DNA from: an uncultured Bacteroidales bacterium
GTDB lineage: Bacteria; Bacteroidota; Bacteroidia; Bacteroidales; UBA932
Length of the DNA stretch: 64,000 nt
Assembly (NCBI GenBank): GCA_944323775.1
Contig: CALUTT010000015.1
Location: 507-64,506, forward strand
Direction: 5' to 3'
The position numbers were made by a program, and so were the translations under genes. The stretch's first letter is position 1; every line of letters starts with the position of its first letter. Shown in pieces: positions 35,344-44,712 of the stretch. The notes beneath the pieces were generated by a model. It was not told the origin of the DNA, did not search any database, and saw only the letters and a program-made list of their open reading frames with translations.

Positions 35344-37998
35344 CTACTTGTTTTCCATCGCCGCCAGCGAGGCTTCCAGCGTCGCGATCCTTGAGACGGC
35401 GTCGGCTTCCTTCTTCCTTTCGTTCGAAATCACGGCTTCAGGAGCATGCTCGACGAATTTGGCGTTAGAAAGCTTCGCCCTTACCGAGGCAAGGAATTTC
35501 CTCTGGTGTTCCAGTTCCGCCTCAAGCCTGGCCTTTTCCTCGGCGGAATCTACGAGTCCATCCAGCATGACGCTCATCTTGACGGTCCCCACTATGAAGG
35601 ATACTGCCGTTCCAGAAGCTTCACCTTCGCGGATTTCACTGATGTTGGCCGCCTTACGTATTATTTGCGTCATCTCGGGCATGATTGTGCCGCTGATGTA
35701 GAGCTCAAGAGGCTGTCTGGGCGATATCTGTTTCTGTGCGCGGACAGCCCTGATCTGCATGACGGCTTCCTTTGCCTGTTCGAATGCGTTCAGGAAGTTC
35801 TGGTCATATTCCCCTGCGATGGGTGTCCTCTGGAACATTATGGTCTCTCCGTCCTTCCTTTCCTGCATTGCATGCCACAGCTCTTCCGTAATGAACGGCA
35901 TTATGGGATGAATCAGCTTCAGGAGTTTTTCGAAGAAGATCCTGGTTGAGTCATATGTGGCTCCGTCTATGGCACTTCCCCATGCTGGTTTCACGAGTTC
36001 GAGATACCAGCTGCAGTAGTCGTCCCAGAAAAGCTTGTATATTGCCATCAGGGCGTCAGATATCCTGAGTCGTGAGTAGTTGGCCTCGACTGTCTCTATT
36101 GTTTTCGAAAGGAGGTTGTCGAACCACTTAACGGCGACTGCCGCATCTGCGGGCTGGGAGGCGCTCCTGTCGACCTTCCACATCGAGACGAGCCTCCACG
36201 CGTTCCATATCTTTCCGCAGAAGTTGCGTCCCTGCTCGATCTGCGACTCGTCATAGAGTATGTCGTTTCCGGCTGAAGAGCAAAGCAGCATGCCGAGCCT
36301 TACGGCATCGGCTCCGTATTTCGAGATGAGTTCGAGCGGGTCGGGGCTGTTCCCGAGGGTCTTGCTCATCTTGCGTCCGAGCTTGTCGCGGACAATTCCG
36401 GTGAAGTATACATTCCTGAAGGGAACCTCGTGCATGAACTCCCCTCCTGCCATTATCATTCTCGCCACCCAGAAGAATATTATGTCCGGCGCTGTGACAA
36501 GGTCGTTGGTGGGATAGTAGTAAGCGAGGTCTGCGTTCGGCTTGTGGCCGGGGTGTCCGGGCATCTGGGGATCGAACACTGAAATAGGCCACAGCCAGCT
36601 GGAGAACCAGGTGTCCAGGACGTCTTCGTCCTGACGGAGATCCTCCATCCTGACTGACGGGTCGAGCGCCTTTGCCTGCTCCAGGGCCTTTTCAGGAGTC
36701 TCGTCAACGACGATCCTTCCGTCCGGAAGGTAATAGGCGGGAATCCTCTGCCCCCACCAAAGCTGTCTGGAGATGCACCAGTCATGCGCGTTCTCCATCC
36801 AGTGCCGGTATGAGTTGACGTATTTGTCAGGAACGAACTTGATCTTGCCTGAATCTACGCTTTCGAGAGCCATGGCCGCAAGTTCGTCCATTTTCAGGAA
36901 CCACTGTGCCGAGAGTTTTGGCTCTATCACGGCATTTGTACGCTCGGAATAGCCTACAGGCGATGTATATTCCTCTATCTTGACAAGGTTGCCGGCCTGT
37001 TCAAGCATGACCGCTATTTTCTTGCGAGCCTCGAACCTGTCTTCTCCGACAAGAATCCTTGCGTTTTCGTTCAGTCTGCCGTGGTCGTCGATTATCTCGA
37101 GGACCTCGAGGTTGTGTCTGAGTCCTATGGCGTAGTCATTCACGTCGTGAGCCGGTGTGACCTTGAGGCAGCCGGTACCGAAGTCCATTTCGACATAGCT
37201 GTCCTCGATAATAGGTATCTCTTTGTTTATCAAAGGGATGAGGACTTTCTTCCCGCGCAGGTGATGGTACCTTTCGTCTGCCGGATTGATGCAGACGGCC
37301 GCATCCGCCATGATTGTTTCAGGGCGGGTGGTCGCGATTACCACGAAATCGTCGGTCGGGTTGCCGTTGCCGTCCGATATGAAGTAGCGGAGATGGTAGA
37401 AATGGCTTTTGGTGTCCCTGTGGATCACCTCGTCATCACTGATTGCTGTCAGTGCGACAGGATCCCAGTTCACCATCCTGACTCCCCTGTATATCATGCC
37501 TTTCCTGTAGAAATAGCAGAAGGTCGCGATAACCGCCTTGGTAAGTTCGGGGTCCATCGTGAATTTGGTCCTGTCCCAGTCGCATGAGGCACCCAGCTTG
37601 CGCAGCTGCTTGAGAATGATCCCTCCATGCTCCTCCTTCCATTCCCATGCATAGCGCAGGAACTCTTCCCTGCCGACCTGTTCCTTGGTAAGGCCTTTTT
37701 CCTTCAGTCTTGCAACAACCTTGGATTCGGTTGCGATGCTGGCATGGTCGGTTCCCGGAATCCAGCACGCATTCTTGCCGTCCATCCTTGCCTTGCGGGT
37801 GAGGACATCATTCAGGGTGTTGTTGAGCACGTGTCCCATGTGGAGTATGCCGGTGACATTTGGCGGCGGTATGACTATGGTGTACGGTTCCCTTTCATCA
37901 GGTTCTGAGTGGAAGCACTTGTGTTCCAGCCAGTAGGAGTACCACTTTTCCTCAACGGAGGACGGGTTGTATTTCGAGTCAAGTTCCATATTCGGCAT
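35344..37998 (-). CDS. valS: Valine--tRNA ligase
   Basis: PPPNVTGILHMGH (HIGH), ATTRPET, WCISRQLWWG, KMSKT, C-terminal coiled coil. Confidence 0.97.
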   Translation of the reverse strand: MPNMELDSKYNPSSVEEKWYSYWLEHKCFHSEPDEREPYTIVIPPPNVTGILHMGHVLNNTLNDVLTRKARMDGKNACWIPGTDHASIATESKVVARLKEKGLTKEQVGREEFLRYAWEWKEEHGGIILKQLRKLGASCDWDRTKFTMDPELTKAVIATFCYFYRKGMIYRGVRMVNWDPVALTAISDDEVIHRDTKSHFYHLRYFISDGNGNPTDDFVVIATTRPETIMADAAVCINPADERYHHLRGKKVLIPLINKEIPIIEDSYVEMDFGTGCLKVTPAHDVNDYAIGLRHNLEVLEIIDDHGRLNENARILVGEDRFEARKKIAVMLEQAGNLVKIEEYTSPVGYSERTNAVIEPKLSAQWFLKMDELAAMALESVDSGKIKFVPDKYVNSYRHWMENAHDWCISRQLWWGQRIPAYYLPDGRIVVDETPEKALEQAKALDPSVRMEDLRQDEDVLDTWFSSWLWPISVFDPQMPGHPGHKPNADLAYYYPTNDLVTAPDIIFFWVARMIMAGGEFMHEVPFRNVYFTGIVRDKLGRKMSKTLGNSPDPLELISKYGADAVRLGMLLCSSAGNDILYDESQIEQGRNFCGKIWNAWRLVSMWKVDRSASQPADAAVAVKWFDNLLSKTIETVEANYSRLRISDALMAIYKLFWDDYCSWYLELVKPAWGSAIDGATYDSTRIFFEKLLKLIHPIMPFITEELWHAMQERKDGETIMFQRTPIAGEYDQNFLNAFEQAKEAVMQIRAVRAQKQISPRQPLELYISGTIMPEMTQIIRKAANISEIREGEASGTAVSFIVGTVKMSVMLDGLVDSAEEKARLEAELEHQRKFLASVRAKLSNAKFVEHAPEAVISNERKKEADAVSRIATLEASLAAMENK

Positions 37999-38125
37999 CT
38001 CGTATTCGGTTTTTCTTAAAAACCTGCGAATTTACGCAAAATTAGCGATGAAAAAAACATTTGCCTTTGAAGTGGCGGCGCGAGAACTTGCATGTGTCCG
38101 TCCATGTCCGTAACTTTGAGCATCG

Positions 38126-38722
38126 ATGTCATTTAATATTATGGAAACTGAAAAGATGAAAGCTGCCGCCGGGCTGCTCTATGATGCCAACTATGATGCA
38201 GAACTGATAAAGGAGCGTGAGACATGCTCGGAGTTGCTGTATGACTACAATATGCTCAGGCCCTCAATGGAGGCTGAGCGCGAGAAGCTTCTCAGGCGTA
38301 TTCTGGGTGGTGCCGGCAAATCCGTTACGATTCTCTCCCCTTTCCGCTGCGACTACGGCTACAATATCTTCGCAGGAGAAAACTTTTTCATGAATGCCGG
38401 CGGGGTGATTCTTGACGGTGCAAGGGTAAGTTTCGGAGACAATGTCTTCATCGGCCCGTGCTGCGGTTTCCATACCGCCGGACATCCGCTGGACATTGCA
38501 CAGCGCAATGCCGGACTGGAATACGCGCGTCCCATCACTGTTGGCGACAATGTCTGGATCGGGGCTCAGGTGTGTGTGCTGCCTGGCGTGAGCATAGGGT
38601 CCGGGAGCGTGATAGGCGCCGGAAGCGTCGTTACCAGGGATATCCCTGAGAACGTTGTGGCAGCAGGCAACCCTTGCCGCGTTATCCGCAGGATAATGGC
38701 AGAAGATAAGGATCCGGAGTAG
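38126..38722 (+). CDS. Sugar O-acetyltransferase (maltose/galactoside acetyltransferase family)
   Basis: PFRCDYGYNI, hexapeptide repeats, PITVGDNVWIG, VAAGNPCRVIR. Confidence 0.88.
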   Translation: MSFNIMETEKMKAAAGLLYDANYDAELIKERETCSELLYDYNMLRPSMEAEREKLLRRILGGAGKSVTILSPFRCDYGYNIFAGENFFMNAGGVILDGARVSFGDNVFIGPCCGFHTAGHPLDIAQRNAGLEYARPITVGDNVWIGAQVCVLPGVSIGSGSVIGAGSVVTRDIPENVVAAGNPCRVIRRIMAEDKDPE

Positions 38723-39275
38723 CATCAGGCAGACGGCGGAGGCCGTCCTTATCCGAAAGACTGCAAATGGACCTTTCCAGAAGCAGAAGCCTCTGCTTCG
38801 TCTGCGTCCCGCCTCTGTAGCCTCCTGTGCGGCCGTCGGATGCAACCACTCTGTGGCATGGGACCACGATTGAAACCGCATTCGCCCCTATGGCCCCTGC
38901 GACAGCCCTTACGGCAGAAGGAGACCCTATGGCTCTGGCAATTTCCCCGTATGTGACGGTTTTCCCGTACGGGATGTCAACAAGAGCCGTCCATACCTTT
39001 TTCTGGAAGTCGGTTCCGGCGAAAAGCACAGGAATGTCGAATTCCTTGAGACCTGAATGGAAATAGGCGTCGAGCTGTTTGCTGGCTTCAAGTATCGTGT
39101 CCGAGACTCCTTCCACGAATCCTGCACGGAGCTCTCTTGCGAGTCTCCGGTACACTTTGTCATTGTAGTGACCGGCCCAGTCGCAGAGGCACAGCTGCCC
39201 GCAGCAGGATCCGAGGACCATTTCCCCGCACGGAGAGCTGTACATCTTGACACATATCGTTCCTGCGTGGTCCAT
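38682..39275 (-). CDS. ogt: Methylated-DNA--protein-cysteine methyltransferase
   Basis: GTDFQKKVW, IPYGKTVTYGEIA, AVRAVAGAIGAN, IVVPCHRVV. Confidence 0.9.
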   Translation of the reverse strand: MDHAGTICVKMYSSPCGEMVLGSCCGQLCLCDWAGHYNDKVYRRLARELRAGFVEGVSDTILEASKQLDAYFHSGLKEFDIPVLFAGTDFQKKVWTALVDIPYGKTVTYGEIARAIGSPSAVRAVAGAIGANAVSIVVPCHRVVASDGRTGGYRGGTQTKQRLLLLERSICSLSDKDGLRRLPDATPDPYLLPLSCG

Positions 39276-39331
39276 ACTTTTGTTTTGCCCTGCTTTTACA
39301 TTATATTTGCTCAGTAAATATAGGCATTCTT

Positions 39332-41059
39332 ATGAAAAGATTTCTCGGAGTCCTGGTGATCTTGCTCGCCGTCTTGCACGGGCAGCGCGCAGAAGCCCAG
39401 ACCTCCCGTCTTGAAGGTGAGGGCGGAAGCCTCTCGCTCGTGGTTGACGGTAGGCCTTTCCTTGTCCTCGGCGGGGAACTTGGCAACTCTTCGGCATCGT
39501 CTCCCGGGGACTTCGACCGGATTTTCCCGGGACTCGCGTCTTTGGGACTGAATACCGTGCTTGTCCCTGCATACTGGGACCTGATGGAGCCAGAGGAAGG
39601 CGTATTTGACTTCAGCCTGGTCGATGCGGCGCTTGATGCAGCAAGGAAGAACGGTCTGCATATTGTGTATCTGTGGTTCGGTGCATGGAAAAACTCCATG
39701 AGTTGCTATGCTCCGCTCTGGTTCAAGGAGGACTACCGCAGGTTCCCGCGCTGCCGCACCGAGTCCGGAAAACCTCTGGAAATAGCCAGTCCGTTTTCGG
39801 AAGCTGTCCTTGAAGCCGACAGCAAGGCATTCTGTGCGTTCCTGTCGCATCTGAAGGCCGTCGACTCCGGTTACGGGACAGTGATAATGATCCAGGTCGA
39901 GAACGAGATAGGAATGCTCGAGAGCGCGAGAGACCATTCTCCTCAGGCCGAAAGGCTCTTCCGGGGGAAAATCCCTGCCAGACTCGGGAAATACCTGCAG
40001 ACACGCGGCGGAAGTCTGCATCCAAGACTCTCTGAGCGCTGGAAGAATGCCGGAGGAAGGACTTCGGGAACCTGGAGCGAAGTCTTCGGAGAGGGAATAT
40101 ACACAGACGAGATCTTCATGGCCTGGTACTTTGCGTCATATGTCGAGAAGATGGCCAGTGCCGGCAGAAAGGTATATGACCTCCCGATGTATGTCAATGC
40201 GGCTATGGACAGCCGCGGCCGTGTTCCCGGGGAATACCCTTCTGCGGGGCCCCTTGCCCATCTGAAGGATATCTGGCATTGTGCTGCGCCTGACATAGAC
40301 CTGCTCGCTCCCGACCTTTATGACAGCGGTTACAAGGACTGGCTTTGCCGCTACGACCTGGACGACAATACCCTCTTCATACCTGAAATAAGGCTTGAGC
40401 CTTCTGACGGCGTACGTGCCCTGTATGCTTTCGGCGAGCACGATGCGCTTGGCTTCAGCCCATTCTCAATCGAGGATGCGCCGGTGACTCCCGACAGTCC
40501 CCTCGCCGGAAGCTATGCAGTGCTGCGTCAGATAATGCCTCTGGTATGTTCAATGCGCGGAACTTCCGACATGCGGGCTGTCCTGTTCGATTCAAAGGAT
40601 GTTTCCGACACGCTGGAATTCGCTGATACCAGACTGGTATGCAGTCATTTCTTCACTCTTCCGTGGGATGCCCGCGCGACCGACGGAAGTCCCTGGCCCG
40701 AAGCCGGTGCAATCATCATCAGGTTGGCTGAAGACGAATTCCTGATAGCAGGAAGCGGGGTTGTCGTCGAGTTCATGCATCAGGATGAGCTCTCAGCACG
40801 GGCTTCCCGGACGGCGGCACTCGGAGAAGACGGCTTCGCGGCAGCCGGTTCCGGCAACGGGAGCGACGGCAAAAATGGTTGGACGCAGGGTTCCGTGCGT
40901 CTTGGTATAGGCTTTGTGGAGGAAGTGAGGTTGTCTCCGGAATCAGGCATGGAAACGGTACGAAGGCTCGGCGGTGACCAGGACCACCAGGGACGCCATG
41001 CCAGAATCGGAGTGGACGGCTACAGCATCCTTCATGTGAAGCTGTACAGATACAGGTAG
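39332..41059 (+). CDS. GH35-like beta-galactosidase with DUF5597-type C-terminus
   Basis: Signal peptide, GGELGNSS, EPEEGVFDF, WFGAWKNSMSCYAP, IQVENEIG, LAPDLY. Confidence 0.78.
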   Translation: MKRFLGVLVILLAVLHGQRAEAQTSRLEGEGGSLSLVVDGRPFLVLGGELGNSSASSPGDFDRIFPGLASLGLNTVLVPAYWDLMEPEEGVFDFSLVDAALDAARKNGLHIVYLWFGAWKNSMSCYAPLWFKEDYRRFPRCRTESGKPLEIASPFSEAVLEADSKAFCAFLSHLKAVDSGYGTVIMIQVENEIGMLESARDHSPQAERLFRGKIPARLGKYLQTRGGSLHPRLSERWKNAGGRTSGTWSEVFGEGIYTDEIFMAWYFASYVEKMASAGRKVYDLPMYVNAAMDSRGRVPGEYPSAGPLAHLKDIWHCAAPDIDLLAPDLYDSGYKDWLCRYDLDDNTLFIPEIRLEPSDGVRALYAFGEHDALGFSPFSIEDAPVTPDSPLAGSYAVLRQIMPLVCSMRGTSDMRAVLFDSKDVSDTLEFADTRLVCSHFFTLPWDARATDGSPWPEAGAIIIRLAEDEFLIAGSGVVVEFMHQDELSARASRTAALGEDGFAAAGSGNGSDGKNGWTQGSVRLGIGFVEEVRLSPESGMETVRRLGGDQDHQGRHARIGVDGYSILHVKLYRYR

Positions 41060-41083
41060 ATTATCATACGAAAAACAGATACT

Positions 41084-41623
41084 ATGCAAGACAAGACCAG
41101 ACTAGAGAAGATCAAGGCCATAGTTTTCGACATTGACGGCGTCCTGAGCGATGGACGCATAATACCTGTCGGGCCTGGAGAGAATGACCTGGTGAGAATC
41201 GTGGACGCGAAGGATGCCTTCGCAACAAGAGCTGCGGCTACCAAGGGATTCGTAATGGGAGTCATATCCGGCGGGAACACCGAGGCTCTCGACAGCCGCT
41301 GCCGGCATATCGGTGTCAGCAGGGAGAACCTTTTCCTGGGGGTCCGCGGCAAACTTTCAGTTTTCCGCAAGTTCTGCGAGCAGAACGGACTTGACGAAAG
41401 CGAAGTGGCATATTTCGGAGATGATATCCCTGACATCCAGGTGCTCAAGGCGTGCGGATGCGGCTTTGCCCCTGCCGATGCAGTCGAGGAGGCAAGGCAG
41501 GCGGCTGACTGTGTCACCGTGCACAAGGGTGGCCGCGGATGTCTCCGCGAGGGCATTGAGATGATTCTCAAGGCACAGGGCAAATGGCATTTTGACGAAG
41601 ACAAGTTCGACCAGATTTATTGA
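41084..41623 (+). CDS. kdsC: 3-deoxy-D-manno-octulosonate 8-phosphate phosphatase (HAD C0)
   Basis: FDIDGVLSDG, ISGG, YFGDDIPD, GGRGCLRE. Confidence 0.8.
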   Translation: MQDKTRLEKIKAIVFDIDGVLSDGRIIPVGPGENDLVRIVDAKDAFATRAAATKGFVMGVISGGNTEALDSRCRHIGVSRENLFLGVRGKLSVFRKFCEQNGLDESEVAYFGDDIPDIQVLKACGCGFAPADAVEEARQAADCVTVHKGGRGCLREGIEMILKAQGKWHFDEDKFDQIY

Positions 41624-41627
41624 CGCG

Positions 41628-42209
41628 ATGTTCAGGAATCCGAAACGTATAATACTCGGCAGCAATTCACCGAGGCGCAGGGAACTTATTTCAGGGCTTG
41701 GCCTCGAGTATGTGGTTGACACCGACACCAGTTTCCGCGAAAGCGGAGAGCCGGGCGTCCCTCCCCGTCAGGTCCCCGTAGACATGAGCGTGGGAAAGTC
41801 TCACGGCTTTCACCGTCCTCTGGCCGATGACGAGATACTTGTGACGGCCGACACGGTCGTGATTGTGGGAGACGAGGTGCTTGGCAAGCCTCATTCCCGC
41901 GAGGAGGCAGTCGGGATGCTGCGCAAGCTTTCCGGACGCACACATGAGGTGGTCACTGCCGTTACTCTGAGAAGCAGTGTGATGGAGAAGACATTCTCGG
42001 TTGTCACCGAAGTGGATTTCGACGATATTCCGGAAGAGAACATTGAATACTACGTGGACAATTTCCGCCCTTATGACAAGGCCGGGGCTTATGCCATCCA
42101 GGAATGGATAGGCTATACAGGCATAGTCGGCATACGCGGTTCATACTATAATGTAATGGGGCTTCCGGTGAACCGGCTCTGGCATGAACTCGCCGAGTTC
42201 ATGAAATGA
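41628..42209 (+). CDS. maf: Maf-family nucleotide pyrophosphatase
   Basis: ILGSNSPRRREL, TADTVV, LGKP, LSGRTHEVVT, DKAGAYAIQ, NVMGLP. Confidence 0.9.
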   Translation: MFRNPKRIILGSNSPRRRELISGLGLEYVVDTDTSFRESGEPGVPPRQVPVDMSVGKSHGFHRPLADDEILVTADTVVIVGDEVLGKPHSREEAVGMLRKLSGRTHEVVTAVTLRSSVMEKTFSVVTEVDFDDIPEENIEYYVDNFRPYDKAGAYAIQEWIGYTGIVGIRGSYYNVMGLPVNRLWHELAEFMK

Positions 42210-43522
42210 GCGTCGCGAAGTTCACATATCCGTTCCGCTATGTGCCGACTGAAGACATCCGTAGGGCGGCGTCCGAACTTATTGCCAGGATCGATTCCGA
42301 CGAGCATCTGCGCTCACTTTTCTCGGCCGGCAAGATGATGGGTGTGCTGCAGACGGATTCGGGGTTCCTGTATGCGTTCAGCGGTCTGGCCGGCGGGCGC
42401 TCCTCTGTGGAGGGATTCGTGCCTGCGGTGTATGACTACAGCGATCCCCAAGGATATTTCCGCCGGAGCGAGGCGGCGATAAGCGCCATGCCTGAAGGTC
42501 CTGAAAAAAGCAGGAAGTCGGCTGAACTCCAGGAATGGCTGTTCCGTCAGTACAAGGTGCTGAACGCACGGGGTGAATGTCTTGATGTCGCCGAGATTTT
42601 CGCCCGCCGCGGAATAGTCCCGCCGGCCGGAACCGGCGACTGTGCGGCTCCAAAGCTTCTTCAGTATGCATATCTGCATGGCCTGAGACCAGTGGCCATG
42701 GGGGAATTCTGGTACGGAAGACCTCCCGGAGGTCAGGTAAGGGAGCAGGGAAGGTTCTACCCGGCATGCCGCGGGAAGTGCGGTCCCCTGCTGAGTTTCA
42801 TGCTGGAGGGGCTTGATGTGGATCCTAATCCACTTGACAGGGAGTTCCATGTACGTGAGCCGGAAATAATCTATATCGACTCGGACATAATAGTTGTAAA
42901 CAAGCCTGCCGGCATGCTTTCCGTGCCGGGAAAGATTCCTGTTGTCTCGCTGCTGGAGCGTCTCAGGGAGGAATACGGAAGAGTGTACTCCTGCCACAGG
43001 CTCGACATGGACACATCAGGGCTGATTGTCTATGCCAGGAACATGGAGTCGAGGGCTGACATCGAGGAGCAGTTCGCCCGGCGCGAGGTGAAGAAAGTCT
43101 ACAGGGCGCGGCTATGCGCTTCTTCCGTACCTTTCGGCAGGGCGCGGAAAGGCACTATCGCCCTTCCACTTTCGCTTGACTATTATGACAGACCGCGCCA
43201 GATGGTTGACTTCACGAACGGAAAGTTCGCAGTGACCAGATATGAAGTCCTTTCCGAGCTGCCGAACGGGGAAATCGACATACGGTTTTATCCGCATACC
43301 GGGCGTACTCACCAGCTGCGTGTACATTCAGCCCATCCCCTCGGACTGGGACGGCCCATAAAGGGTGATACCCTGTACGGCAGTCCCGAGTCAGGAGACA
43401 GGCTGTATCTGCATGCGGAGAGCATCGAGTTCCTGCATCCGGCAGACGGTGACACGATGTCTTTCTCGGATCCGGTATCGGACTGGGACGAGACTACTTG
43501 CGGGTGCTCTCCATCAGATTGA
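42206..43522 (+). CDS. RluA-family pseudouridine synthase with N-terminal extension
   Basis: GDCAAPKLLQYA, VNKPAGMLSVPG, HRLDMDTSG, TGRTHQLRVH. Confidence 0.88.
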   Translation: MSVAKFTYPFRYVPTEDIRRAASELIARIDSDEHLRSLFSAGKMMGVLQTDSGFLYAFSGLAGGRSSVEGFVPAVYDYSDPQGYFRRSEAAISAMPEGPEKSRKSAELQEWLFRQYKVLNARGECLDVAEIFARRGIVPPAGTGDCAAPKLLQYAYLHGLRPVAMGEFWYGRPPGGQVREQGRFYPACRGKCGPLLSFMLEGLDVDPNPLDREFHVREPEIIYIDSDIIVVNKPAGMLSVPGKIPVVSLLERLREEYGRVYSCHRLDMDTSGLIVYARNMESRADIEEQFARREVKKVYRARLCASSVPFGRARKGTIALPLSLDYYDRPRQMVDFTNGKFAVTRYEVLSELPNGEIDIRFYPHTGRTHQLRVHSAHPLGLGRPIKGDTLYGSPESGDRLYLHAESIEFLHPADGDTMSFSDPVSDWDETTCGCSPSD

Positions 43523-44075
43523 GCACTCTTCTGCGGTTTTCCTCTATCTCTTCTGCGTCGGCGGTGACTTCATAGTACTTGCCGGCTTTTTTGTAGTAGT
43601 CGATCAGAGGTTCTGTCTGGGTGTGGTAGGTGTTGATCCTGTTGGTGATGGTCTGTTCCGATGCATCGTCTGCACGGCCTTCGATTGCGGCCCTGTGCGC
43701 TATCCTGCGTCTGATCAGGTCGTCTGAAATCATGATGGAAAGCACGGCGGTAACGCTCTCTCCCCTCTTCGCCAGCATTTCGTCAAGGTCTTTTGCCTGG
43801 GCGATGTTGCGTGGAAAGCCGTCGAGCAGGAACCCGTCACAGTCCTTGACAGTGTCGAAGGCGGATTCGATCATCCCCTCGACGATCTTGTCGGGAACCA
43901 GCGCCCCGGCGTCGATCAGGCTCTTAGCCTGCTTGCCGAGATCCGTACCTGCGGCGATTTCGGCGCGCAGAAGTTCGCCGGTCGAAATGTGCTTGAGGTT
44001 GTACTTCTCTACGAGGGCAGATGAGTGCGTGCCCTTGCCTGCCCCCGGGGGGCCGAAAAGAATGTAGTATTTCAT
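43494..44075 (-). CDS. adk: Adenylate kinase
   Basis: GPPGAGKGT, HISTGELLR, LDGFPR, GRADD. Confidence 0.95.
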   Translation of the reverse strand: MKYYILFGPPGAGKGTHSSALVEKYNLKHISTGELLRAEIAAGTDLGKQAKSLIDAGALVPDKIVEGMIESAFDTVKDCDGFLLDGFPRNIAQAKDLDEMLAKRGESVTAVLSIMISDDLIRRRIAHRAAIEGRADDASEQTITNRINTYHTQTEPLIDYYKKAGKYYEVTADAEEIEENRRRVLNLMESTRK

Positions 44076-44090
44076 ATTACAGATTCTAAA

Positions 44091-44645
44091 TTATTCCTGT
44101 CCGTCTTCAATGACGTAGATGTCTTTCGAGTTTCTGCCCAGTTCGTCATAGTCCAGACCGAACCCGACTATGAACTTGTTGGGAATCGGAATTCCGACAT
44201 AGTCGATCTTCTCGTGCTTGTCGTAGACGTCGGGCTTGAACAGCATGGTGCATATCCTGACGTCTGTGGCTCCCTTGTGAAGAAGCATCTCCTTGAGTGC
44301 CACAACAGTGTTTCCGGTGTCGACTATATCCTCGCTGATGATGATTCTCTTGCCTTTGATGTCGGCCGTGAGTCCCATTATGTTCAGCACGGTTCCTGTC
44401 GAGCGTGTCCCCTGGTATGATGACAGCTTGATGGAGACGAGCTGGCAGTTGAATTCGAGCCTCTGGAGGAGTTCTCCGGTGAAAGGTATGGCACCGTTCA
44501 GCACGCAGAGGATTACCGGTACGTCGGTGCAGTCCCGGAAATCAGCGTTCAGCTTGCCGGCTACGTTGTCTATGGCCTCGATGATGCGTTCGTGTGGAAT
44601 GAACGGCTTGAATGTCTTGTCTAGAATGTGCAGTTTTTCTTCCAT
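44091..44645 (-). CDS. hpt: Hypoxanthine phosphoribosyltransferase
   Basis: VLNGAIPF, EDIVDTGNT, FIVGFGLDY; start trimmed to MEEKL. Confidence 0.92.
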   Translation of the reverse strand: MEEKLHILDKTFKPFIPHERIIEAIDNVAGKLNADFRDCTDVPVILCVLNGAIPFTGELLQRLEFNCQLVSIKLSSYQGTRSTGTVLNIMGLTADIKGKRIIISEDIVDTGNTVVALKEMLLHKGATDVRICTMLFKPDVYDKHEKIDYVGIPIPNKFIVGFGLDYDELGRNSKDIYVIEDGQE

Positions 44646-44712
44646 GTCCTGATTGGATTGACCTACGAAATTACGAATTAATTTTCTATTTTTGGCAAAA
44701 CCGGCTTTTATT

